A program made the position numbers and the translations under genes. A stretch of 64,000 nt of DNA from Marsupella aquatica (Eukaryota; Plantae; Marchantiophyta). The notes beneath the pieces are model-generated. The model was not told the origin of the DNA. It saw nothing but the letters and a program-made list of their open reading frames with translations, and did not search any database. This document shows positions 23,686 to 36,100 of the stretch, one piece after another. Position 1 is the stretch's first letter; every line of letters starts with the position of its first letter. Location of the stretch: positions 23,930,709 to 23,994,708 of the forward strand of contig OZ316894.1 in the NCBI GenBank assembly GCA_973895155.1, in the 5' to 3' direction.

Positions 23686-24858
23686 CTACAAAGGTGTGGT
23701 AAGATATGGCACTTTTCCATAGTCCCTGTAAGGTGCAACGTTAAGAGCCTTCTCAGCCACACGGCCATCCTCGTGTATTCTCTCAATCAATGCCTCGAGA
23801 GACGGAAAGTTGGCCTCAGGACGGATGTATCCACACACCACAAGCCTCAGCTCTTCACCATAAAAATCCTCGGGAAAATCATGCAACAGCCACGGCTCTA
23901 CAGTCTTCTCCGCATTCTCGAAATAGGGGTTATATCCCACACTCATCACCATCTTGTATACTCCTCTGTATGCCAATCCGGCCCAGCCTAAGTAAATGCC
24001 ACACACGTGCTCAGCTAGGACGGACGAGAATGCCTCAGTCGGGAGGTTCGCAGTCGGAATGCCAAGCACTTTAGATCCTCGACCGAAGCCTCTGATGACT
24101 GGGCCCCCGATGAACCACGGATCTATCGGAAGGGCGTCCGCAATCCAGTCCCCGAACGGAGGAAGGCCCCACTTCTCCGGCCTCATGTCAAGAAGAGAAC
24201 TGAGAACGGAGTCTGCAGAAGAGTAAAGACTACGAGCTGCTTTTGTTGGAAGAGAGGGCACGGCCAAAACCTCCATCCCAGCTGCCTTCGCGGCTTGCAC
24301 CCCCACGGGGGAATCCTCGACTACGAGGCAGGTCGATGGGTCCGCATGGAGCCGCCTGGCCGCTTCGTAAAATATTTCGGGGGATGGTTTCCCGTCTTTG
24401 ACCTCATCACCGGCAACGATGACTGACAGTATTTCTGTCCAACCCTTCTGATACCCTAATTTCACTAGAATGCTGGTCATGGGCGAACTGGACGCCACGG
24501 CAACGGGAATTGCGTTCGATTTCAAGTACTGGAGCAGACGAACGGCACCTGGAAGAGGTTTCGCGCTGGCCCACCGGTTGTTGAGCAGCTCGATTGTCTG
24601 TGAGAAAATCTCTTCTGCTGTAATGGGAAGATCATACTCTTCCTTCAATGCCTGTGCCCCCTCAAGCGGCCGCTTCCCGAGCCGCCTTTCCGCCCCACGC
24701 CCGTCCCATTGTTTGCCATAATTGGTCACAATCTCTCTCCCGACTTCGTCAACGAGTCTCTCTGTGTCCAGCAGGGTGCCATCGAGATCAAGGATGAGGT
24801 GCGTGATTTGTTTCGGTGCGTTTCCATTCTGCAAGTCTGAATCGGCTTCGGAAGCCAT
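23686..24858 (-). CDS. FHY: Bifunctional FMN phosphatase (HAD) / riboflavin kinase, intronless CDS
   Basis: N-terminal HAD motifs DLDGTLLDTE, KPSPEIF and VEDSPVG. C-terminal riboflavin kinase motifs GFGRGSKVLGIPTANL, MVMSVGYNPYFEN, EPWLLHDFPEDFYGEELRL and YIRPEANF. Confidence 0.95.
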   Translation of the reverse strand: MASEADSDLQNGNAPKQITHLILDLDGTLLDTERLVDEVGREIVTNYGKQWDGRGAERRLGKRPLEGAQALKEEYDLPITAEEIFSQTIELLNNRWASAKPLPGAVRLLQYLKSNAIPVAVASSSPMTSILVKLGYQKGWTEILSVIVAGDEVKDGKPSPEIFYEAARRLHADPSTCLVVEDSPVGVQAAKAAGMEVLAVPSLPTKAARSLYSSADSVLSSLLDMRPEKWGLPPFGDWIADALPIDPWFIGGPVIRGFGRGSKVLGIPTANLPTEAFSSVLAEHVCGIYLGWAGLAYRGVYKMVMSVGYNPYFENAEKTVEPWLLHDFPEDFYGEELRLVVCGYIRPEANFPSLEALIERIHEDGRVAEKALNVAPYRDYGKVPYLTTPL

Positions 24859-25304
24859 GTAGAGGAAGTTCGAATGAATTCGCCAAGAGGACTTGGATCA
24901 AAAGTTTGCAACCTTCAATTCTATTCAGCTAGACCCACCACGATGTCCCTCTGCAGTCAATTGCGGTTTGCGTCGTTTGCACAGAACAGAGGGGAATGAC
25001 TTAACGACCATGGTGTTTAAGCGTACCCTGGGTCATCTCCGTCCCGGGTTTCCGCAATTCCAAGTTCTGCGGGAGGGGGACTTTGTTAGGTGATCTTTCT
25101 TAAGTTTCTTTTGGCCACCTTGGAATGTAACGACATCTTGGAGTTTACCAGTAACAGCAGCTCGCTATCTGGCTACATACTGGAAACGATAACAAATTGG
25201 ACAAAATGCTATAAAAAGTTTAGGGCAATGTCTCCTGCCATTGAATTGAAGAGTAGGAAACCTGTACCTGGAAGAACAGAGCTTCTCCATGCTGGCAATT
25301 GGCC

Positions 25305-25970
25305 AAACTTGATGGATATACAGTTCCTCCGATGATCAGCTCCCTCACATCTCAGCTCCAACGAGAACCTGCCAGCCAGCCCCGGAAAATATTCATGGCC
25401 GCTATACCGACTTCTTGCCGCCTGTCTGCCCGAGAGGAGAACAATTCTCCTAGATCTAGAGCGAGGTAAAAGCGACGACAGAACCGCAGCGATGGGTTGA
25501 CGAATGTCCCAGAAGCACCGCGGCCCAGCAGCTTCAACGATCGCGGAGGAGCAGGAGGAAGATGACAATATGTGCTATCGTTCAGAACTAGTGATCCGAT
25601 CCAGGGGGAAGGATCCTTCTCAAAAATTGGAAAAGCAAATCGGCGCAACCAGCACACGGCGACGGGAGGGAAAGGAGATCGAGAACCAAGATGGAGTATG
25701 CTAATTAGCTAATTTGACAGCAGAGAGCGACGACGCCGGAGCTCCTCCGCTCACTCCCGCGGGCGCGAGCGAGGATGGACTTCATAAAACAATCGCCGCA
25801 GCACAATTTCAATGCAGTCAGTGAGGCAGGCAGCAAGAAGAAAGCAAAGCAGCTGCGTCTGCGTGTCCACTCTGCTTCCCTCGCTTCTGTGGGCTCCAAG
25901 GAGTGGAGTAGGAAGATACAGATATTGGCGTCGGACTCTGCTCACTTTTCCCTTCCATTCCTCCTCCCAC
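25305..25970 (-). repeat. Dispersed duplicated segment, copy B (putative promoter/5'UTR first exon of FHY)
   Basis: Collinear with 20400-21160. It is followed on the minus strand by donor CCAG|GTACAG (~25267) and acceptor ttgactgcag (~24951), upstream of the FHY ATG. Confidence 0.85.
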
Positions 25971-26011
25971 TCTCTCCCTACCCCTCGCCAGAATTAGTCA
26001 CAATCTGGGGC

Positions 26012-26147
26012 TGTGTATGCTCTTAACAGCCATTATTTTCTTGTTTAGCCAAGGTGGCTACCGAACAGTCTGGTTATCGTGTGTATGCTCTTAACAGCCA
26101 TTATTTTCTTGTTTAGCCAAGGTGGCTACCGAACAGTCTGGTTATCG
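26012..26147. repeat. Perfect 68-bp tandem duplication
   Basis: tgtgtatgctcttaacagccattattttcttgtttagccaaggtggctaccgaacagtctggttatcg at 26012-26079 and 26080-26147. Confidence 0.95.
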
Positions 26148-27859
26148 AGTAAGCCATATGCCACTGTGTTCCATTATGCAAAGTAGGGCCTGCCCATAGT
26201 GAGTCGGGGTGGGGTATTTATGGGGCAAGGAGGAAGCACATATGTCCATGGGTGTACATTTTTTTCTAATGTTTAAGGAAATAGCTAATAAAATTCAACA
26301 GCTGTGTATGTATCCTTCTAGTCCAGGAACTTTTTTATATTAGGACAAATGACAACAAAAAATAAGGGATCCCTTATTATAATTATATATTTTATTCAAT
26401 TATACTTTTTAACTAAGCATTTAGTGGCTAACATTCCCCCTTAATGCCTTAAGGGATGGCCAATCAAACAGAATTTCTTAAATTTTGACCTAAATGCTTC
26501 TTATGAATGCATTGCATTAACTCATAAATGCATTTTTACCCTTATAGACAGAAATAGAGTTATATATTTGTTCTTAGTGTCAATATTTTGTGGGTCTACC
26601 TGCATTTTTTGGGTGCATTTACAAAAAACATTCTTGTGATTTTACGGGAATACATGGTTGGCCTACACTAATACACACAATGCACTTATTATCTGTTCAC
26701 TGTATAGTAAAGTTGTCTACATGACATTGTGCACCATAATGCCCCTTTTGAAGGTCTATTATTGCAAATAATGCATCGCTCTAACACACTGAGGAGTAAG
26801 AGATTTTTACTTTTAAAATTAGATAAATGTGTTCATAATTAACTGCATTCTTCTCCATGAATGTAGTGAGAATTTTTAGAAATGAAACTAAGGGGCACTG
26901 AACATATAAGGTAAAGTAAATAATGAGTGTACACTTACTCTACGACCAGGGACCATCCGTCAGCGCTTTCTTGGGTTAACTTAGTTTACTTAGGCTAATT
27001 GACATTAGAGACTTAATGATGATTAGCCGTGACTCTAGTCTCTAGCATATAGAAACTGTGAACCAACAGTACATACACAATTGGTTCACTTCTATACTGG
27101 TACACTGTCGGTGTGTTTGTGCTCTTGGTTGTGTGTCATGTTTTCTCCAACACCATAATCCACTTACAAAGAGAAAAAGTAGGAGACATTGAACTCAAGT
27201 TCTGAGACTATTATTGCCCATAATGCGCTTTCAAGCGAACACTATCCCAGAAGCAAAATCAGGTGTATCCACATTACCATAGTTAGTAAATCATCTTAAT
27301 GAAGCCTAGGGGGACCTGGAGAACGGTTTTCCGTTATGGCTCCACCAGAGACATTTTCGGCGTTATGCTTTAGCAATGAGTCCGGTGGAATTGGCATCAA
27401 TCACACATAATTAAAAGTCACTCCATGGTAATTGGACTCCACACCAAGGGGAGACTAAACCGGATCTCCACCATATCTCCAGAGTCCGACTCCCGGCCAT
27501 CTCCTCTGCAAATCTACTGAGTTTTAATTTCAGATTTGTTAGTTACCCAATTTCAATGGTAGTAATCTAACCCGTATCAGCTTCCTTCGCTACTACGTAA
27601 ACTACCAACCACATGACAGATTCCTTCAAAACTCCACACATCCCAAACACAATCAGCTTGTTGATGCCAACAGTGAAGTTGAGATGACATTAGGCGAGAT
27701 TAGGCGTGCAAAGGTGGCAATTTGCCCCAAAAATTACATCGGTTACGAGGGGGAACTAGAATCCCTTGTGCGAAATTAATAGGTGACCCAATATTAAATA
27801 CGTGATGGCAGATTATAGACAACCCAACTTTCTACAAATTCCTTGGAACTCAAATCTCT

Positions 27860-30800
27860 TCAAAGATCTGCTCTGCCTGGGTATCGTGGAAACGGAATAA
27901 CGTCCCTAATATTTTCGACTCCAGTGGCAAAAAGAACCATCCTTTCGAACCCTAATCCAAACCCAGCATGTTTAACAGTTCCAAAACGTCGCAAATCTAG
28001 ATACCATTCATATGGCTCTGTTGGTAGGTTGGACTCAGCTAATCTGTGAAAATAAACAAAATTAATTTGAATCAGTTGCTTGGATAGAGGTGTCTAGAGC
28101 ACGGACAATCGACAAACGTAGAAGAAATAGAAACATCCACAAACATTCCGCGTCACAACCCTCGCATTGTAAGGCTTCAAAAAATGCAAGATACTTTAGA
28201 AGATCCTAAAATCGAGAAAAACCTGGAGTGGTTGGTTGGTTTGCCACTACATTCGCAGCATGGAAGGGACACAGCATAATTTCAGAAAACCAACAGGAAC
28301 GTCAAGTGGTGGTTGGCAAAATACGCAACAGCATGACTACCTTTCCAGAAGAACGTCCAGTCGCTCCTCTCTTTGACTTCCCCCAACAAGCTCTCCAACC
28401 TGGTAACGAAATATCAGAATAAGAAAAAAACAGGACGTGTCATTTTTCTGTGCTACAGAGAAGTGGACAAATTTGTCACATAATCCAAAGAATAATACTG
28501 GTCATGTCCAACACAAGACTAACCTTGGGAACCAACACGTCCATGGCAGCAACAGTTTTGCCATCATCGTTGAGGCGCATGTAAAATGCCTTTATTTCTT
28601 TGGGATAGTTGTACACAATCACGGGCTTCTTATATATCTGCTCTGTGAGATACCTGATACATGCGTCGGGAGAACAAACATATCAGGAAACATAACCTTA
28701 CTGGGTGGGAATCCAGCATTATGAACTGGATACAGTTGATGTTAAATAGGGGACACTCTCATAAGAAATTATTAATGGAGGTACTGCTAAAGTAAGGTTG
28801 CGAAAATGTATTAATGGAGGTAATCTTAAGTAAGATTGCGCCAGAACTGCCATTGAAACGATTCACGAAATCACAAGGAAGAGATTCAAATAGAAAAAGA
28901 AAACATACCTTTCATGTTCTGAGGCCAAATCGATGCCCCACTCAACCTTGTTCACAAACTTGTTTTTCTTCACCTGATAGCATGGAATATTAAAAAGCCA
29001 GAAAATCCCCGTTGTGAGATTCTCCACATAAACAATTTCTCCAACAATACAACGACTTTCAGCCTGCTCAGAGCCACTATCTCAAACCAAGATCTCATCA
29101 CCTACCGTCTTGAGTCGTTCAATAGCTTCTGTGTACGTCAATCGAACGAATGGTGTGGTTGCAACCATTCGGAGGCGTTCCACGGCAGTAGTATCATAGT
29201 TTTTTGCCAGAAACTCCATGTCATCAAGGCAGTGGTCAAGCAGCCATTGGCATAAAAACTTTATATAATCCTCTGCGCAATTCATATCATCCTGCGCGAA
29301 GGACGTTCACAAAAGTTCACATCAACGCGACAGATGATATTTATCCCAGATCGATGTTTCAGATGTTTCTGAAAAGAAAAAATTCTGGAACTAAACTGGG
29401 AGGCATTATACACCTTGCAGTAAGATAGATCCTGCCAGACGTCACTTAAAACAGCTACACTAAGATCTCCGGCAGCGAAAGATTCTCATGGCATTTGTGC
29501 CTTCAAGGCCCGACTGTGAAAAGATCTAGTTATAAAACACCACAGCTGTTTCCAGGTTCCTCAAACTTACTGTCAAATCTGCAAAGGCAATCTCTGGTTC
29601 GATCATCCAAAACTCTGCCAGATGTCTGGTTGTATGCGAATTCTCCGCACGAAACGTTGGTCCAAAAGTGTAAACACTTCCAAGGGCACACGCATAAGAC
29701 TCCACCTGAAGCTGCCCTGAAACGGTCAAATACGCTTGTCTGGCAAAAAAGTCAGCAGAGTAGTCGATAACCCCAGAGTCCTTGTGGGGAATGCCTGCCA
29801 CATTTTTAGAGGCTTTGAGAGGATCTTCTGGTTTAACAGTGCCATCTGGTGCAGCAACAGGGGTAGCCTTTGCCAGCGCGTCTTCCTTCTTTCTCTTCTC
29901 AGCGTCATTCAATAAAGTGGTTACTTGAAACATCTCACCGGCACCTTCACAATCGCTGGTTGTGATAATCGGAGTGTGAACATACAAGAATTTATTCTGG
30001 TAAAAGAAGGTATGAGTCGCAAAAGCAAGGGCATTGCGGATGCGAGCAATGGCAGAGATCTGGAAACACGCAGCCAACCAAGAGTTCAGAAGAACTGTCC
30101 AACTGAACAGTCAAAACTGCGCAGGAAAGTAATCGGAGACTGACAGAATAGAACTAAATCGGCCATGGTCCAACTTTGGCAAGGCACAGTCTTGAAACGT
30201 ACAGTGTTGGTTCTTGGTCGAAGGTGCAAGTGCTCTCGAAGAGTCTCAAGTTTCAACTTGGTCTTCGCAATAGGGTAGTTCTTCGTTGAATCCAGAACTC
30301 CAATATGGACAAATTTCGTCACGTGTAGCTCAACTTTCTGCTTGGTCTTCAATTTTTCGTTGGGTGGCTCCTTCAGTATCCCTTCCGCCACAACACAAGT
30401 TCCGGTTAAAGAACACTGGTCTACCCCCTCAATGTCATTCTCGACAACGACCTGCGGGGAAAATTCACCACCAAATTGAAATGAGGAAGACGCACCAAAG
30501 TATTTTCTCGGTACAACAGTCCAACAATTTAGTTAAGGAAGTTACCCCATGTCGATACGATAGAATTGCATGTTAGTCTGTCTAGAGGAAGACCCCAAAT
30601 TAGCCTAAAATAAAAAGCTGGAATTATTTTCCTCGGCAACCGGTGAGAAAAATATTGACAAAAGCTACCTTATTCACTACTGTGCAGCAGGAAGACGTCA
30701 CTGACATTAAAAACCGGACGAACTGACTCCTGCAAATATGCCAAAGGAGCCGCACAAAATAAGACCATCAAAGTAAGGATTTGAGTGCGGGAGCGATGCC

Positions 30801-31486
30801 CAAAGGAATCTTGTATCATCCAGCTGGGGAGTGAGCTCTACCAAACCACCCTGAAAGAATCAGACCCTCCATCTCGCATGTTCCATGTGCACACACCAGC
30901 ATACAGTATTATGGATGCAATGGCGCAGGGTGCACAGAAGCCAATAAACTTGGTCAAATTACTAAGTCTGAAAGCCTCATCAGGCAAATAAGGTGAGCAG
31001 AACAGGTTGGTCATGTGATGTTGAGGAACCACAAGTTCAGCAGTCAGAAGCGATTCCTTAAACCCCCAAGACCACAGACACCATTAGAGTAACCTACACA
31101 CCAAGTAAGGGACTGCGAGACAAAGAAAGATTCTCACAACACGCCAGCAGACGGGCTGCATTGCCCGAATTCGGTTCATGAGCCTAAAGAACGTACAAAA
31201 AGTCGCCAGCAGTGGCTTAACACGATCTCACCTGAAGGTTAGCAAAGCAAGAACCGTCGTTGAGCTCCAGGAAGTTGATCTTCGGAGACGATCGGCCAGT
31301 CTTCACCCACCCTCCGACAGTAATTCGCTGCCCCAGCAACGCCACTCCGCCATCGTCTCTCCCGATGATCGACTTCACAAGCACCCGAGCCGAATACTTT
31401 TCGCTCGTGGACGGCTTCTCATCTCCTCCTCCTCCATTGCCCATCTCCAGCGCGTCAAGCTGCATCGTTGCGGGCTCGACGTCCAT
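27860..31486 (-). CDS. Asparagine--tRNA ligase, cytoplasmic type (SYNC-like), 8 exons
   Basis: Exons 31486-31232, 30451-30203, 30059-29571, 29291-29106, 28973-28909, 28653-28524, 28399-28341 and 28043-27860. Motifs [103 protein letters not shown]. Confidence 0.96.
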
Positions 31487-33152
31487 CTCAGGCAGCAGCA
31501 GCAGAGGCGATCACGACCCGAATCTCCTACAATTCCCGCAATTCGCAGTTCTCACTCGAGGGATGGCTAGATCTCGACTCGAATCTCGTACACTTTCCAA
31601 TTCGCAGTCGTCAGTCGAGGGGTCTGGTTGATCTTGTTGTCTGTGGCGTAGGTTTTGCTTTTCTCCGTGTGGGCTCGTCGCGGTGAGAAGAAGACAATCA
31701 CACGACCGCGTTTCTAGGGTTCTGCTCGTTAGAGACTTAGGGCTTACTGTAAGTTACAGCTCACTGACTCGTTCGCCGCTTTAGGGCTTACACTACGTGT
31801 ACCGGAAGTTACAGTAAGCTGACTGACTGGCTGATTGACCGGCTGTGGCGAAGGATCCTACATGGGTAGGTCGGCCGGTTTCATAACTGCAACACGACGC
31901 TACTGCGGTTGAGGACGCGTTTCAGATTCCACTGCGTTCGGGCCTTCGTGAGTCGCATATGCTTAGATGCTACAGCGTTCGGGATCACCAGGCCGGCCTC
32001 TGCCATGGCTCGGTTTCTGCTTGGAATAAGTGAGAATCAATTAGGGTGTCTCAAAGTTATGTACAGGGTAATGCGGGTCTGGGCACAGGGTTACTAGGTT
32101 GTAACCTTGCATCCTAAACATGAATTGAAGCTGACCAGCGGCAACTGGAAAGCTTCTTTGAATATTTCGGGAGCAAGTTATAGTCTATAACCCCAGCCAT
32201 GCCCTGCACTAGCGTACGTAACTCCTTCTCGGAAAGAGGTTATCGGCTTGACTTTTCAGGATAGCAGATTATGACTATAACAGGCCCCTACAGAAATGGT
32301 TACACACCAGTAACCTCTTCTCCTAACAGGAATTACCAGTTCGTGGACAAAAAAAGTTGGCACTCAATTACCAGTTTTGGCCACCGGTCACATATTCGTG
32401 TAGGCAACTTTTTCTCAGGAATTTATCTTTCACCATGACCAGAGGCAGAAAGGAGAGATTTGAAACGCCCTATTAAACCATTACCTTCGTTTGTTTTCTG
32501 ACTCCAATATTCTTAATATCCTTTTCTTGGGACCATCTATTGGTTTAAGGGCATATGGGACTCAGCAAATGCCACTAATGAAACATTTGAGATTGATATT
32601 CAAAATACTCAAATACTCAACAAGGGCCTTATATTGCTCTGGAAATGCTTAAAATCAAAGAATAGTAGAATATTGACTCCCGACCTTCTCTGATTTGGTC
32701 AGATACAAAGATCCTTCATATGGCCATGATTACTAGAAATTGATGGACTTGTTTTGCAGCAAATGGTTGTTCTACCAAATTATCTTGTCGCTTACCCCAG
32801 GCTAATTCTAGTACCTTGTCTTCATGTGCTTGTGTCCACATTTAAAGATGCATATCCTAGCCGTGTTTGTTTCTTTCCTGGTGACAAAAGTAATAGGAAT
32901 GAATGAACAATAAGTTCCTTGGAATGGTTTTTTTTATAAATTTTAATACCGTGAAAGACCCCACGGATAGGGGGAACAACAGCCCTTAATACAGGGACAG
33001 CAACAGCACACTAGCGAGCCACAAAGAGAGCCCAAAAGCACAAAAGAGAGCATCAAAGCCCCAGGGAGAGCCCCCCCTCAAAGAAGGGAAATAACACCGA
33101 TCAAGAGAGCACCCATGCCCTTCCCACAGCAGCCCCCCAAAAAGCAGACCCC

Positions 33153-36100
33153 TCAATCAGCAACGCCGCCGCTAGAGGGCACCAAGAGAATCCTGTCCCC
33201 ACCCCGTCTCAGCCAGATTTGCCTCGTTCCCCGCAACCATTCCTGAGCCCGGTTCAACCGAGAGCGACGCCGCCCAAAGCGTAAACCAGCCCCAACCGCA
33301 TGGATGTGATTGGCAGTCTCAGCAAGCATCAGGCCCAAGTCAAATGAACGTCCCACCTTGTCAGAGAACATATGTTCATTTCTTCCCAGCCAAATCATCC
33401 AGAGAGTCTGATATACACAAAAGATCCTAGCAGTGTGAATAGGCTCCGGTCCTGTCGATGCATCAAGAATAGCCAGCAGACCACCTCCAATGGGTAAGCG
33501 AAGCTCCGTCAAAATCCTGTCACACATCCTCCAGCAACATGAGGCATGGGAACATTCAATGAACAAATGTTGCATCGTCTCCAAGACCCCACAGCAAAGC
33601 TTGCAATTCCCAGTACCAGCCTGGATACGGAGGGCCCGTTGACCAGTAAACAATCCACCAACCAGGATCCGCCAGATAAAGGTTTTTGCCCTGCAGGAGA
33701 GGTCAAAAATCCACAACTTCTTCCATCCAATGCACCATTCAATTTCCGACCGGTGTGAGGACCAGCACCTATTAAGTAGCACATGAAGGCTCATCTTGGG
33801 TCTCAAGAACTGGTAGACCCTGCAGTTGGTGATCTGAAAGTCCTTGAGAGGTTCTGCCCTGTCAGACCAGCGCCACTGTCTGGCCGGAGGATCCCTGTCC
33901 CACCTGCAGGCAGTTGACTCCCAAATTCTCCCTAGGAACGCTCTAGCCAGCCCTCTGTGCTCCCCCGTGAATCCTCGCAGCACCTGCCCCCTAAGCGGAA
34001 GGTCTTTCCAGCCCCTTGTCTCCACCGACCATCCGTCCTGAATTGATCTCATTCCCAAGCGTCCACAAATAGCAGTGACTCCTACAATGTCCACATTTGG
34101 CAATGAATTGAAATCTACCATACATCTAATTGCATCGTTAATGCTCCAGCGTCCAGGGGCACCATATCTCCCAGGACAAAAAGCCAGATGGGCACGCAGC
34201 TCCTCCCAAGCCTTCCATAGACCACTTGTATACCTGAGACCACCGCCTGCCCTAGGAGTACAGAGCAGAAGCCTATCCTTGAACGTGTAATTGTTTCTTC
34301 TGATCACCTTGTAATTCAACCATCCCATTAAAGATAAGTTGGCTGCCAGCATCTTCGACCATTCCCTGTCTGGATACTCTAGGGCCTTAGTGAACCATTG
34401 TGATAATAATGCATTGGAGTGGCTTCTGAAGTCCTTGAATCCCAGGCCGCCCTCTATTTTTGGAAGTGTCATCTTGTCCCATGCCACCAGCGGAATTTTC
34501 TTCCCACCTGCAGGATTATATCCCCACAGAAAATCTCTACTGAGGGCAATGAGTTTCTTGGCCAGACCCGCTGAAGCCTTGAGGTGCATCACATGGTAGA
34601 TTGGGATGGCTTGGAGCACGTGTTTGACCAATAAGGTTCGACCTGTGAAAGAGAGGAGCTTATTTGTCCAGGATGACAGTCGTGAGCTGATTTTATCTAG
34701 GCAGAATCTGTGCAGTTGCTCAGTCTTCAGCCCGGCCCCCAAGGGAGCGCCCAGATATTTCTGAACCTCCCCCATTGCACTCACTTGACAGCCAGAGTAC
34801 AGCAGCCAATCCGGGATGACCTCAATTGCCAAGGGAATCACCACAGATTTTCGTAGGTTCAGCTTTGCTCCAGAACCCATTTCATAACATGCAAGCGCAG
34901 TTTGTGCCTGGGTGAAAGCTTCCTCCGTGGCAGGAATGAACATTCCAACATCATCTGCGAATAATCTGTAGCATATTGTGAGTGTGTCCGTGATTGACAG
35001 TCCACTAAGTCTCCCAGCCTCCATCTCCGCAGCTAAGAAGTCCATCAGCGGTTGTGTCGAGATGACAAAAAGTAGGGGCAACAAGGGGCAGCCCTGTCTC
35101 ACCCCCCTCTTAAGCTCAATCATACCCGTCGCAAAACCATTGACCATTGCCTTCGAGAAAGATCCAGCCAACAGAGCCCGTACCAGTGTGATAAAGTGGC
35201 CACTTATTCCCAGTAAGTGCATTGTGTCCCATATGTATTCGTGATTCACCCTGTCAAAGGCCTTTTCGAAATCCAACTTCAAGAAAAGTGCCTCCGTCTT
35301 CTTGTGCTGTATCCAGTCACATGCGAGCCAGGCCAGTGAGATGTTTTCCAGAATGTGGCGACCCTGTATAAATCCGGTCTGTTGGGGGCTGATTATCTTG
35401 TTCATGATTTCTTGTAACCGCAATGCCAGGATCTTAGCAATGACTTTGTACGTTGTGTTCAACATTGTAAGGGGACGCCAGTCCTTCAGTGATCTCTTAT
35501 CAGGCTTCTTCGGAATGAGCTTTATTATCCCTTCTTTTAACGCACTATCAATCTCTCCTGTCATCCAGAATTCTTGTATCATTTCCACCAAGTCCTGTCC
35601 CAGAAACTCCCAGCATGCGCGCAGTACTTCTGCCGTTAAGCCGTCTGGGCCCGGCGATTTGTCTCCTGGTAGCATCCAAAGCACTTCCTTCACCTCTTTA
35701 GTTGTCGGGAGAGCTTCCAATTTCATTCTCTCTGCCGCTGTAAGTGCAAATTTTGTGTGTTGCAGTAGACGTCTCCTCTCTTGCCGTCGTTCTTGTGTCT
35801 CCCTTTGTGAGGGTTCCTGCGGTGCATAAAGTGCTTGACACATTTTCTCCACTTCAAGCACAATGCTTGCCGCCTCTGTTATCTCCATCCCATCCTCTTT
35901 GAGAATCAGGTTCATGGTTTCTCGGGCGCATTTAGCCTTTACTATCGCATAGAAGAACTTTGTTGATTCGTCTCCTTCTCCCAGCCATTTAATCCTTGCA
36001 AGTCTCCGTCCCTTATTAGCCACTTCCAACTCGGTTGCATGCAGTGTGTCTTCCGTTTCCGTGTATTCCTTGATTTCATCCTCTGTGTGTTCCTCCAGAA

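Noticed and set aside
20442-25568. Shared peptide SRSRRIVLxSGRQAxRS in ORFs of both duplicated segments, as a possible conserved uORF
   Set aside because: Non-ATG starts and frameshifting indels between copies; nucleotide duplication alone explains the similarity.
30838-31032. 64-aa ORF and a CTGATGAG motif in AsnRS intron 1 (alternative exon, snoRNA or hammerhead core?)
   Set aside because: Exons 1 and 2 join in frame without it. No stem II/GAAA or paired C/D boxes could be found.
31711-31790. TAGGGTT/TTAGGGCTT motifs upstream of AsnRS as telo-boxes
   Set aside because: Not exact AAACCCTA matches; too short to support.
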